Shown here one piece after another: positions 8,677 to 17,842 of a DNA stretch of 64,000 nt (position 1 is the first letter of the stretch; each line of letters starts with the position of its first letter). Position numbers and translations under genes: made by a program. The DNA lies in IMG/VR virus record IMGVR_UViG_3300013120_000738, positions 163,726 through 227,725 of that record; one strand, written 5' to 3'. The notes below the pieces were generated by a model. The model saw nothing but the letters and a program-made list of their open reading frames with translations. It was not told the DNA's origin and ran no database searches.

Positions 8677-9570
8677 TCAGGACTCTTCCATACGCATGAT
8701 GTAATCCATCTCCGCTTCCAACTCCTCCACCGGCGACAAGTCCGCGTAAGGATTCGTCGGCTCCGGAACCGTCGCCACCGGCACATCCCGCGTCAACGGA
8801 CCTGCCGGGACCGAATCCTGCCACCGCTCCGCGTCCGTCGCCCCAACCAATACCTCCGGATGATCCGCGACAAACTCCCGAGTCTCGGCCGCGTTCGGAT
8901 ACCAGGCCCGATAGTTGCTGGCACAGGTCTTGCCGCAGCCCGCGATCTTGGACTGGGCTTGAGTGAGAGCACTCCAGCAGTAGCAGCACATCCCGGCCTC
9001 TTTGCCGATCTCGCTGATGGCCTTCGCGGGATCCTCAGCGATCCGTCGCAGCAAATCCACCACGTCCTGACCGCACTCGTTACGCTTCTCGAAGGTACCG
9101 GTCGGCTGAATCCAGCCAAAGAAGTCACCCTCGCCGAATCGGTGGGATTCCGCCACCGAGACGCAACCCTTGTTGCGGGAGCGGGGACCTGCCAGCTTGA
9201 GCGTGAACTTGGTCCCGTTCAGATCGATGCGGACTTGGGGATTCTTGAGGCCAGCCCCGCCAGCGTCGCGGCGTGCTCGGCATTGCTCCATGTGGTCGAC
9301 GATCGTCTCCATGCCGGTGATCGCCTCGGGCTTGCGATCCGCCAGAAGCGGCTGATCGACCTGGAAGACAAAGAAATGAGCCCAAGCGGCCTGATTGGGG
9401 AACCATTGGTGGTACTTGGCGTACTTGGCCAGCAGAGTGCCGCCGTATTCGTACGCGAAGTTGCTCTTGAGCGAGCCCGCCCTGTGGTATTTCGCCAACC
9501 GGCGAGCCACTTCAGCATCCTCGTGGGGGCTCTCGAACTCTCCGAAATTCTTGACCTTGTAAGTCGTCAT
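8677..9570 (-). CDS. DUF6011-like protein
   Basis: C-terminal GMCCYCWSALT...S...GCGKTCA motif; promoter 9612. Confidence 0.65.
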   Translation of the reverse strand: MTTYKVKNFGEFESPHEDAEVARRLAKYHRAGSLKSNFAYEYGGTLLAKYAKYHQWFPNQAAWAHFFVFQVDQPLLADRKPEAITGMETIVDHMEQCRARRDAGGAGLKNPQVRIDLNGTKFTLKLAGPRSRNKGCVSVAESHRFGEGDFFGWIQPTGTFEKRNECGQDVVDLLRRIAEDPAKAISEIGKEAGMCCYCWSALTQAQSKIAGCGKTCASNYRAWYPNAAETREFVADHPEVLVGATDAERWQDSVPAGPLTRDVPVATVPEPTNPYADLSPVEELEAEMDYIMRMEES

Positions 9571-9642
9571 CCGATCTCTCCTGATAAAAAAGGGTTTCCT
9601 GATCAACCCTTTGTGACAGACCATCCCCAGGAGTTAATTCGG

Positions 9643-9891
9643 CTAGGCTACATCTCTAGCCACAATATGGCATTCAACGCCACTGGGCAGCCGAACGACT
9701 GCACCCTTTTGCGTCAAAGCAATTACTGGGACAGGTTCGTCCCATTTGTACCCGTGTTTTCTCAAATACCAAGGATTAATTTGACCGAGCCCATAGCCCG
9801 ATATAAGTCGGACTTGACGCGGCTTACCGGGTATTCCCCAGTATTCTACCGCATGTTTGAACATCTCGCGGATTGTGTCAGCTCGGGACAC
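9643..9891 (-). CDS. Hypothetical protein
   Basis: ORF in operon. Confidence 0.6.
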   Translation of the reverse strand: MSRADTIREMFKHAVEYWGIPGKPRQVRLISGYGLGQINPWYLRKHGYKWDEPVPVIALTQKGAVVRLPSGVECHIVARDVA

Positions 9892-9894
9892 GGA

Positions 9895-10140
9895 TTATAT
9901 CCCTTCCAGAGCATCGAATGCTTCCGCGAAAGCCACCAACAGGCTCTCTTCGTCGTCGGGCGTCTCTTCGATGAAGGCCTCGATCGTCTCGACCGCGACC
10001 GGCTCGAATTCGCCCCTGTAAATGCGGGCCATCTCCTCGCCGAAGGCCTGATGACAGTGCTTGTGCATCATGTCGCTGCCGAAGGCGATACCATCCGTGA
10101 CGCGTTCGTCACAATACGGGCAAACAAGTACTTGCTCCAT
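9895..10140 (-). CDS. Hypothetical CxxC protein
   Basis: GGAGAG RBS; CPYC. Confidence 0.6.
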   Translation of the reverse strand: MEQVLVCPYCDERVTDGIAFGSDMMHKHCHQAFGEEMARIYRGEFEPVAVETIEAFIEETPDDEESLLVAFAEAFDALEGI

Positions 10141-10176
10141 GATTCTCTCCCTGTGAGCAAAAGATAGAAACCTCTG

Positions 10177-10380
10177 TCACTTGCTTGTGGCAGAGGAATC
10201 ATCGGGAGTGAAATTCGCAAGATCGGGATCGACGAGACGCGTGCACGCGCAGTGCTGGCTCTCGGTGGAGTTGGCGTCCTTGATGCGGCCGTCGATGATG
10301 AGAACGGAGCAGGGTGTGCCCCACGGCGTCCAGCCCTTGGCCCAAGTGATAGTAGGTTGCTGCTGTCCTTTTGATATCAT
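10177..10380 (-). CDS. Hypothetical protein
   Basis: GGAGG RBS; promoter 10402. Confidence 0.55.
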   Translation of the reverse strand: MISKGQQQPTITWAKGWTPWGTPCSVLIIDGRIKDANSTESQHCACTRLVDPDLANFTPDDSSATSK

Positions 10381-10472
10381 GACTATCCCTCCTTGGCCCC
10401 TTGTGACCAAGCCCCGCTCAGGGGTAAATCCTAGGGATAGCCCTTTGATCGAGCGTTTAGAACAGCCTCCCT

Positions 10473-10910
10473 CTATTCTATCTTTGGGTAGCCGTCGTAG
10501 TCCTCGTAATCCGCCGGGAAGATGTCAGGACGTGCTTCTAGGAGATCATCCCACGTCGCGTCCGGATTCTCCTCGACGACCGGTACAACGGCAGCATCCC
10601 AAATCTCGTCGACCAACTCCTCGGTATCCATCCTAGTTAAAGGAGCAACGCCATCCATCAACATACCATGAAGCTCTTCACGAAGATCGCTAGCTTTCAT
10701 CCAGGTCAGACGCATAGCATGCCAACGACCAAGAATACAAGCGAGCTCGTGCTTGAGATCGTTGTCGACGACGCAATCCTTGAACTCTTTCGCAGATATG
10801 TCGTACTCTCTCACGATACGGAGCGGATACCGCTTGACCAGACCCCGAGCGTATTCGAGAATCTGGTCTTTGGTCACTTCGAGTTCAGATAGGAGTAATT
10901 TCTGCTTCAC
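10473..10910 (-). CDS. Hypothetical protein
   Basis: GTG start after GGAGG. Confidence 0.6.
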   Translation of the reverse strand: MKQKLLLSELEVTKDQILEYARGLVKRYPLRIVREYDISAKEFKDCVVDNDLKHELACILGRWHAMRLTWMKASDLREELHGMLMDGVAPLTRMDTEELVDEIWDAAVVPVVEENPDATWDDLLEARPDIFPADYEDYDGYPKIE

Positions 10911-10911
10911 G

Positions 10912-11340
10912 TCAGCCCTCCACGGTCTGATAGAATTGCTCGGACTCGATCTCCTCTTCCTCGAGGCGTTTCTCAATGAGCTGCTGATCCGTGGCACCGG
11001 CCGCGATCGCCTTCCGGTACGCGGCGGCGGCCTGATACAGCCACTCCCACACTTTCAACTGTCCGGTCCGCTCATAAGGTGTGCTGACCTCTTCGTCGTC
11101 CAAGACGTCCTCGGCCGCGTACTGCAAAGCACTGAGCTCGGCCTGAGCCTTCTCCAAGTCCTCGTGCAGGTCCTGGATGGTCTTCTGAGCGTCCCGAAAC
11201 CAGAATTCGAGGGCACCGAAGGCAAAGACGTACTCGCTCGTTCCGAACTCGTCCTCGGCCTTCTTCGCCTTGCCGTCCTCGACAAGAGCGTCGGGATCGA
11301 CGGCCAAGACTTTCTTCATCCTCTCGCTATACCACACCAT
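10912..11340 (-). CDS. Coiled-coil hypothetical protein
   Basis: AGGAG RBS; promoter 11383. Confidence 0.7.
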   Translation of the reverse strand: MVWYSERMKKVLAVDPDALVEDGKAKKAEDEFGTSEYVFAFGALEFWFRDAQKTIQDLHEDLEKAQAELSALQYAAEDVLDDEEVSTPYERTGQLKVWEWLYQAAAAYRKAIAAGATDQQLIEKRLEEEEIESEQFYQTVEG

Positions 11341-11487
11341 CGCGTCTCTCCTGATAAGAGTGTAGAACCGCCATTGGTGTACTGTGACAGACCGCGACGC
11401 GAAGTGAAATCAAGGGCGGCTCACCTCCCATGGGCCTGTTGCAGGTGCGACCTGCTCACCACAACGAGTCTGTTGCCGCCATCGATC

Positions 11488-11766
11488 CTAGTCACGCGGG
11501 AAGAATTGATCCGCAATCCGCTGCAACAGGATCTCGTCGTCCGTCAAGATGAACAACGAGTGCACGTGGCCATCGTCGTAGAACGAAACGTGAGCCTCCT
11601 GATCGTCGGCCTTGACCAACATACCGCACAAGCCCTCGCTGTCGTCGACCTCAACGACCGTCAACTCGCCAGAGGCGGAATCGATGCATCCGAGCGGTAA
11701 CAGTGTCACATCGCAACCATCGGCTTCCAAACGCTCCACAATACCCAGAATCTTGTCGCTTGCCAT
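11488..11766 (-). CDS. Hypothetical protein
   Basis: Promoter 11816; GGAG RBS. Confidence 0.65.
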   Translation of the reverse strand: MASDKILGIVERLEADGCDVTLLPLGCIDSASGELTVVEVDDSEGLCGMLVKADDQEAHVSFYDDGHVHSLFILTDDEILLQRIADQFFPRD

Positions 11767-11844
11767 ATCACCAAGCTCCTCGTGTTGAAGTAATACTACC
11801 GATCCTAAAGCCGCTTGTGACAGACAATACCCCGGATGGTAAAT

Positions 11845-12063
11845 CTAGCCGAATAATCCGCCACCGGTCGGCTGATTGTCCTTCGCGAATTGGCAGGCCT
11901 CCTCGTAGATGGCCGGGAGCTCATGGTCCTCGGAATAGCTCCAACCTTTCACAGAGACCGGGGTTAAACCACACTTGTTCGTGACACCGACATGTCTGAT
12001 GTCGGGCGTGACAATCACATCCAACTTACCCACTTTCGTCGAGTGAGGTATCCTTTCGCTCAT
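11845..12063 (-). CDS. Hypothetical protein
   Basis: ORF in operon. Confidence 0.55.
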   Translation of the reverse strand: MSERIPHSTKVGKLDVIVTPDIRHVGVTNKCGLTPVSVKGWSYSEDHELPAIYEEACQFAKDNQPTGGGLFG

Positions 12064-12625
12064 GCGATTCCCTTTCTGGAACAAGACCGTACTTTGCGAG
12101 TACATCGGTCATGTGTTGAATGTAATCGGCCCCGCTCACCGGCTTATCAAGATTGTAAAATTCATTCCCATCAACCAGGTCAAGAAATAACCCGTCGCGT
12201 GCATGGTGTACAATCTCAAGGAGTCCTTCCACGCTCACCGCTTCCACACGCCCCACGCGTACGCTCGCGATTTCCTCCATGGAAATCGGCTGGACATTAA
12301 CATGGTATCTATACTCCCCAGTACAAGCACTTCCGGCCATGTAACCGGAATTCTCTTCAAAGGAGAGACCAGAGGCATCCCAGTTACCATCGGACGACTC
12401 AAAATCAACCCAAGGATGTTGCGGTGTCCACTGTTTCGCAATCAACTTCTTGCAGTCATCAGCAGTACACCGGAGCCAAGCGTTGTCCTCATACGACTCA
12501 CCACAGAGCCAAAGAACAAGAGCTGCGATCGGCGTTTCAGCCTCAATAGTCTCGTCGGCCTGTAGAGTAGGATCCCCCATAGTATCCTCATGCCGAACCA
12601 AGCAGGTCAACCGCCATTTATTCAT
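12026..12625 (-). CDS. Hypothetical protein
   Basis: 199-aa ORF; contains operator 12271. Confidence 0.65.
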   Translation of the reverse strand: MNKWRLTCLVRHEDTMGDPTLQADETIEAETPIAALVLWLCGESYEDNAWLRCTADDCKKLIAKQWTPQHPWVDFESSDGNWDASGLSFEENSGYMAGSACTGEYRYHVNVQPISMEEIASVRVGRVEAVSVEGLLEIVHHARDGLFLDLVDGNEFYNLDKPVSGADYIQHMTDVLAKYGLVPERESHERKDTSLDESG

Positions 12626-12751
12626 GCTTGTCCCCCCAACGCGTCTGAGTCCTTATGAATTCAACGATCGTGTCGGGGCAGTTCTCCAACTGCCCAACAA
12701 TCGTACGAAGGTCAGGCAAATCAAGGCCCTTCAAGTTCTCCTGTGCCGCCT

Positions 12752-13213
12752 TCAAGAGCTCAACAATTCCTGGTCGCCTCGGGTCGGAGCGTCCAACCAC
12801 CCAACCATCGCCTCAAGAGCCGTACTGATGTCCGCCATCGCCTCAAGAGCCGTACTGATGTCCGCTCGAGACAGCAACTCGGTAACCCGCGACAAGTCCT
12901 CAAGATTCATCTTGCCGAGGATTTTCGTGATCTGGCGGGTGGTGTTCAGTCTCGCGGCGTACTCGTCGGCTGCGGTTTTGGAGAGGAATACCGTGTACTC
13001 ATCTTCGAGTTCCGGCTTGGTGCCACGAATGAGGCTGTAGAAAGCCTTGAGATCGTATTCGGCTGATGTCGCCGCACCTGTCTTCGGTTCGCAGACGACG
13101 TACAGAATGTCGACTGGGCGGGAGTATAATTCCTCCCAGTCGGCTACCGACTCGCGAAGTACTCGAAATTCGTCTGCGACTTTACGTTGGTCTCGGAGTT
13201 CTTGGGATAGCAT
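12752..13213 (-). CDS. Hypothetical protein with internal repeat
   Basis: DISTALEAM twice. Confidence 0.65.
   Translation of the reverse strand: MLSQELRDQRKVADEFRVLRESVADWEELYSRPVDILYVVCEPKTGAATSAEYDLKAFYSLIRGTKPELEDEYTVFLSKTAADEYAARLNTTRQITKILGKMNLEDLSRVTELLSRADISTALEAMADISTALEAMVGWLDAPTRGDQELLSS
12805..12864. repeat. Exact 30-bp tandem duplication
   Basis: CCATCGCCTCAAGAGCCGTACTGATGTCCG twice. Confidence 0.95.
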
Positions 13214-13432
13214 TTACCTGCTCCTTAGGTGGGCTCGCTTTGCGAGTCTTTGGGCCTCGGGATCGTCAGGGATCATCATGAGGGTCGCGGCACAGCCCTT
13301 GCTTGCGGTGCCGATCATATAACCCGTTTGTTTTGTCGCTGTGCTACAGCTTACGCATGTGGTTGTCTCCGGCAGTGCTTCGAGTCGTGCGGCGGGGATC
13401 GGCTCCCCGCAGGCCTCGCAGTTTCTCTCCAT
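13214..13432 (-). CDS. TraR/DksA C4-type zinc-finger protein
   Basis: CEACGEPIPAARLEALPETTTCVSC; promoter 13468. Confidence 0.88.
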   Translation of the reverse strand: MERNCEACGEPIPAARLEALPETTTCVSCSTATKQTGYMIGTASKGCAATLMMIPDDPEAQRLAKRAHLRSR

Positions 13433-13496
13433 CGCTCTCTCCTGTGGATAGGGTTCTTCTGCCCGCTTGTGACAGGGGAATCCCCAGGAGTTAATA

Positions 13497-13787
13497 CTAG
13501 CTAAGGGCTATCTCTCGGATGTCGTTCTTAATGAATGTGAGGAAGATGTGGCTGTCATTACCCGCGTCGGCGTCGGTAACTTCCAGGTCTCCCCATGGGG
13601 CTTCCGCTTCCTTGATCACGATGTCGTCCGCCTCAGACCCGTCGAAAGTCCTCATAAAGTACGCGACGAGGAGCGGATCTCGCTCAATGGGATCATCGGG
13701 GACGAATAATAGGGTTTCGTCCGGCCTTGATGGGCAATTCTGGCACTCCACATAAGCAACAACGATCGCGAATTTGCCTTTTTGCAT
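13497..13787 (-). CDS. Hypothetical protein
   Basis: GGAG RBS. Confidence 0.6.
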   Translation of the reverse strand: MQKGKFAIVVAYVECQNCPSRPDETLLFVPDDPIERDPLLVAYFMRTFDGSEADDIVIKEAEAPWGDLEVTDADAGNDSHIFLTFIKNDIREIALS

Positions 13788-13808
13788 GTTTTTGTCTCCA
13801 AAGAAACA

Positions 13809-14135
13809 CCGGGATGATGGGTGCACCCACCATCCCGGCTGGATAACCGATTCTCGATGTCCTAGACTACCGACTACTCATCGCCAGCGGCCAGCGGGGG
13901 CGTGCATCTGACGCAGCCCGCTCGGCGGAAATCAGGCTCCTAGCCAGTAGCGTCAACAAATCACCAAATCTCGATCATCCTATCCTCCATCTGTGAAAAG
14001 CGGCGGGGCGGCCCCTGGTACGTGCTGTGACGCCTCCCAGGAGCCGCCAGGGCGACGACCCCGGCCTAGGGAAAGCTTACTCTGTCACCCCCGCTCCGCC
14101 ACATGCGAATCTAAAGGGTTCCGACCATGTGCACG
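13809..14135 (-). ncRNA. Candidate structured non-coding RNA
   Basis: No plausible minus-strand ORF; 12-bp stem 14007-14018/14037-14048; terminal hairpin 13809-13838. Confidence 0.3.
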
Positions 14136-14140
14136 AGTAC

Positions 14141-14329
14141 TTACCCAAACCCACGCAAAGACGCCCAACCGGGCAGCAACGCTAGAGCCAAAGTGGAAGC
14201 ACGAAAAACCGTGCACACGGTCTGAACTCGAGTCTTACATCGCGGCGGCCGACTGGCGGGATCGTCGCAACAACCTTTGACGACTCCCGCCAGCGACGCA
14301 ACCGCGATAATGATAATCAGTCCGTGCAA
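14141..14329 (-). CDS. Possible small membrane or secreted protein
   Basis: Hydrophobic N-terminus; promoter 14352. Confidence 0.35.
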   Translation of the reverse strand: MHGLIIIIAVASLAGVVKGCCDDPASRPPRCKTRVQTVCTVFRASTLALALLPGWASLRGFG

Positions 14330-14373
14330 AACTTGTCCCTCCTCAACCCACTGTGACCAACCATCCCCAGGGA

Positions 14374-14853
14374 TTAAACTCCTAAATCAGCTATCCGATG
14401 ATGATACGGACAAAGCAAAAGCGTTTTATCATGATCTAAAGGATCATCACCAAAATGATGCATATCAACCATTCGTCGGTCACCCTTTAAATCCAAATCA
14501 CAACCAGACGGATGTTGGCAGACAATACCAAATTTAGTTAAAAGCTCATCTTTCTTGATCATGTGCTCCCGACGATTTTTGGTTTGTCTCTTCTGCCTTT
14601 CCACACCAGTAAACTCGAAATCTCTCTTACACTTTTTGTCGCAGAAGTTATTCTTACACCGTTTGACTTGTGAAGGAATTCTCTCAAGTTCCTTCCCACA
14701 AGTTGCACAGCAAACCACAATCTTCCCGCTGCTACGTAAAGAATTACCATGTTTTGCCGTGCAACTAAGCGAACAGAATCTAGCTCTCCCTCGCTTTAAA
14801 TCTGCTGGTCTTGCGTCAAACTCGACGCCACATTGTTCACATTTTGTTTTCAT
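14374..14853 (-). mobile_element. HNH-type endonuclease with Zn ribbons
   Basis: CEQC, RFCSLSC, CATC, NFCDKKC; DMHH...LLCPYHH; AT-rich. Confidence 0.75.
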
Positions 14854-14894
14854 CGCTTCCACCTCCACTTTATTTTTGATGGAAGTGGAAGCGA
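14853..14894 (-). promoter_or_regulatory. Hairpin sequestering the RBS and start of the HNH gene
   Basis: 15-bp stem (one G-U) covering GGAGG and the A of AUG. Confidence 0.75.
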
Positions 14895-14971
14895 CAACAG
14901 TGGAGATGTCGCCATCGAAGGCGAGTCCAGTGTCTTTGCTGACCAATCCCACAGGGTCTTGCTGAGGCAAT

Positions 14972-15328
14972 TTACTGCGGCGAGCTACCACGCTCAGATT
15001 CGTCACTCGGAGACCTGTCGATACCTGTCATCCCCTCCTCTTCGAAGCCAGCATCATCCGGCTCCCACTGAAACGAAAAATCCTCATACTCCCAGTCACC
15101 AGCAATACCACCGGCACGGGCTCGATCAACAACAGCGTGAATTTGAGGACCTAATTCCTCATCCCACTCAATACGCGGATCAAGCGACTGAATTTCTCGC
15201 CTCTTCATCGCCTCCATCGTCGCATCATAGTCCTCGAACCGGAAGGTCCCATAGACTGTGCGAGTGTCGCCGTTAGACGCTCGGTATCGCTTGGAGACGC
15301 GACGCTCGTAAGGGTTGTCGCTTGGCAC
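14972..15328 (-). CDS. Hypothetical protein
   Basis: GGAGG RBS. Confidence 0.65.
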   Translation of the reverse strand: MPSDNPYERRVSKRYRASNGDTRTVYGTFRFEDYDATMEAMKRREIQSLDPRIEWDEELGPQIHAVVDRARAGGIAGDWEYEDFSFQWEPDDAGFEEEGMTGIDRSPSDESERGSSPQ

Positions 15329-15539
15329 TTACTTCCTCCTTCCAACGCTTAATGCAATCCAAGCAAGCACCCTCGACGTCGGGATCGATCCAGAACACAA
15401 ATTCGAGCTCCTCATCGTCCGTCACCAGTGCTTGCGGGATTGTGCCGTGACAATCCGGATATAGGTGCCAGTAGCCGTCCAAGCCGACGTATCGGCCATC
15501 CTCAACGATCTTCTGGCTCAAACTACCCATCCAAGACAT
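15273..15539 (-). CDS. Hypothetical protein
   Basis: Promoter 15561; GGAGG RBS. Confidence 0.6.
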   Translation of the reverse strand: MSWMGSLSQKIVEDGRYVGLDGYWHLYPDCHGTIPQALVTDDEELEFVFWIDPDVEGACLDCIKRWKEEVSAKRQPLRASRLQAIPSV

Positions 15540-15587
15540 GCTCTTGTCCTCCTGCCCACCTGTGACGAACCCACCGTCAGAGGTAAA

Positions 15588-15788
15588 TTAACGATAGTTC
15601 GCCGAACAGCCACCAATACTGTCGATGAACTGGTGCTCTACACCGCCATTCCGAGCAGTGATAACCGCATTACTGACCGATCCCGGCCGCGACGGACGAG
15701 CCAAAAAACGACACTTCGGACGACACTTCGGACACTCCGAATGTTCTTTAAAGTCAAACTGTGTCCCACAATGCTGACACTCGATCAT
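15588..15788 (-). CDS. Zinc-ribbon protein
   Basis: CQHC...CPKC. Confidence 0.55.
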   Translation of the reverse strand: MIECQHCGTQFDFKEHSECPKCRPKCRFLARPSRPGSVSNAVITARNGGVEHQFIDSIGGCSANYR

Positions 15789-15966
15789 GATAATTCTCCT
15801 TTTGAAGGGACGCCAAGGTTGGCTATCTGACCGCTGCCACAAGTACTTGTGGCCAGTGCTAAAGAGCTGGCCCGCTCCCTGCCACCTTTATCGCGCGTTA
15901 CCAACCCTGGCGTCCGCTCAAAAGAATGGCCGGGGGCTTTCGCCCCCGGCCCAGAACATCACACCC

Positions 15967-17193
15967 TTAGTTCTGTGCGTGATCCGAACCCGTCAGGCCC
16001 GCACCCATCTTCGCCGTCACCAAGAAGTCCGAGAAATCCTCGAACTTCTCCTTGGTGCCCTCCATGTCGTACTCGCCGCTGATCAGCGAGCCAACCCACG
16101 CGTTCAGGCGTCGGGAACCCTCCGTGCTGGCGTAATGCGTCGCCACTTCCGTCGCGAAGTTGATGCTGTCGTAGACCGTCGCCTTGGTCGGGAGGGTCTT
16201 CTGTCGCTTGTGCGACAAAGCATCGAGATTGGCCAGCCCATACAGGTGACTCGTGTCCCCCGTCATCGTGTGAAAGGCCTTGATAACCGGCGAGCCGATC
16301 ACATCCGTATCCTCGCCCAACGAGGACTGTGCACGACCTTCCGGCGTCGACAACGCCCAACCCTGGAGTCCAGGGGACTTCTTCAAGGACGGCTCGTCCA
16401 CGCCGACGATCTGCTTGTTGGCGTGCAGCTTCACGAGCAACTGGTAGAGCATGTTGCTCTCGTAGACCGACGCCCAGGACGTCGTAGCCGCTTCCATCCG
16501 CTGGCGGAGAGCCGCGTAGCCCTCGTCGTTGCCGAAACCATCCAAGGCCCGTGTGATCGCCGGAGTGACATCCTCCCCACCCTTGCCGATGCTCAACTGG
16601 CTGCGGAACGCCTTGGCGAATCCGATCATGCCATTCGAGCAGATCTGGCGAAGCAGCGAGAGGTAGATGTTCGGGCTCCCGTACCCGTCGACGGGCGTCC
16701 TCATGAGAAAACGATTCGAGAACATGTCGCCCGCGACGTCGAAGTTATTCGAGCCAGTTCGGGGCGTGTGGGTGGACTCCACGATGCCGTCGTGGTAGCC
16801 GATCTCCTGCCCATGGTATCGTTCGAGCAGATCCACGATGTCGTCGAAGCCCACGACCGGCCGCGTCGGCATGCTGGCGGCCCGCAAAGTCGTCTTGCCG
16901 GTCTGCTGATCCTTCTCGATGCAGACACGCAAGCGATCGTTCTGCTCCCGCTCCGCGATGCGGTTGAAAACCTCATCGTGATCGAAGTACTTGAAGCAGT
17001 TCGAACCGATGCCGAAACGAGCGAAGAGACTCGTCCAGAACCGGTCGGACGGCTGGTGCTTCTCGTCCTGCACGACCACGCCCGTCACGGTCTTGCGACC
17101 GGACTTCGCGTCTGTCTCCTGTTCCACGACGATGTCATTGATCGGCGTGATCCGGTAGTCGAACGAGTAGCGTTCGGTGAGAGAAGTAGTCAT
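15967..17193 (-). CDS. DUF932-like protein
   Basis: LLRQICSNGMIG motif; promoter 17255. Confidence 0.65.
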   Translation of the reverse strand: MTTSLTERYSFDYRITPINDIVVEQETDAKSGRKTVTGVVVQDEKHQPSDRFWTSLFARFGIGSNCFKYFDHDEVFNRIAEREQNDRLRVCIEKDQQTGKTTLRAASMPTRPVVGFDDIVDLLERYHGQEIGYHDGIVESTHTPRTGSNNFDVAGDMFSNRFLMRTPVDGYGSPNIYLSLLRQICSNGMIGFAKAFRSQLSIGKGGEDVTPAITRALDGFGNDEGYAALRQRMEAATTSWASVYESNMLYQLLVKLHANKQIVGVDEPSLKKSPGLQGWALSTPEGRAQSSLGEDTDVIGSPVIKAFHTMTGDTSHLYGLANLDALSHKRQKTLPTKATVYDSINFATEVATHYASTEGSRRLNAWVGSLISGEYDMEGTKEKFEDFSDFLVTAKMGAGLTGSDHAQN

Positions 17194-17456
17194 AGGTCTG
17201 AAACCTCCGAAAAAGGGTGTGAAAAATGTGGGGGATTGCCCCCGTCCAGTATCCTGTGACCAACCCATACTAGGCGGTTAAATCCAGGGGACTATTGGGC
17301 GATTATCGCGGCCACCAGTCGTACAAACGCTAGGACTAATCCCAAATGCCAAAACGGCCAAACCATAATGTTCGTACCTATGGGTCACCAACCGATAATC
17401 CCCCATACCCCTTTCAAATACGTTCGGACAGAATCCCCAGGATTATCCCCTGGGGC

Positions 17457-17765
17457 TCACCCCAAATTCTCCTCGATCGCGATGAAAATGTCTTCGAGAT
17501 CGAACCCATCGTTGATCTGGCAATCATCCTCCCAGACGTCGTCCGGACTCTCGACCGGATGAGGACCATAAAAGAAGGTCTCGTCGCCAGCATTCCTCGC
17601 CACAAAAAAGCTGGCAAGGACTACCCCATCTTCCTCAAGATGATAAAGAAGGGCATGCCGAGGATTCTCGCTGAGGTACTCGAACAGCTCGTCGAGAGAC
17701 CTTTGCTGGCGATTATCCTCGAACACGCCACTATCTTCGCCAAACGAACACAAATACGTTGTCAC
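17457..17765 (-). CDS. Acidic hypothetical protein
   Basis: GTG start after AAGGAG. Confidence 0.55.
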   Translation of the reverse strand: MTTYLCSFGEDSGVFEDNRQQRSLDELFEYLSENPRHALLYHLEEDGVVLASFFVARNAGDETFFYGPHPVESPDDVWEDDCQINDGFDLEDIFIAIEENLG

Positions 17766-17842
17766 TGTCTTGCTCCTTGATAGAAGAAACTGGCGACGCC
17801 CAAGACCACCCTGGACGCCGCCAGCCCCAAGCACAGGATACG

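Noticed and set aside
6586-17259. Long antisense ORFs (6586-7695, 8860-10167, 15787-17259; also 1102-2145 in full, 4161-4964, 49971-50744)
   Set aside because: Shadows of real opposite-strand genes in GC-rich sequence; no RBS or motifs
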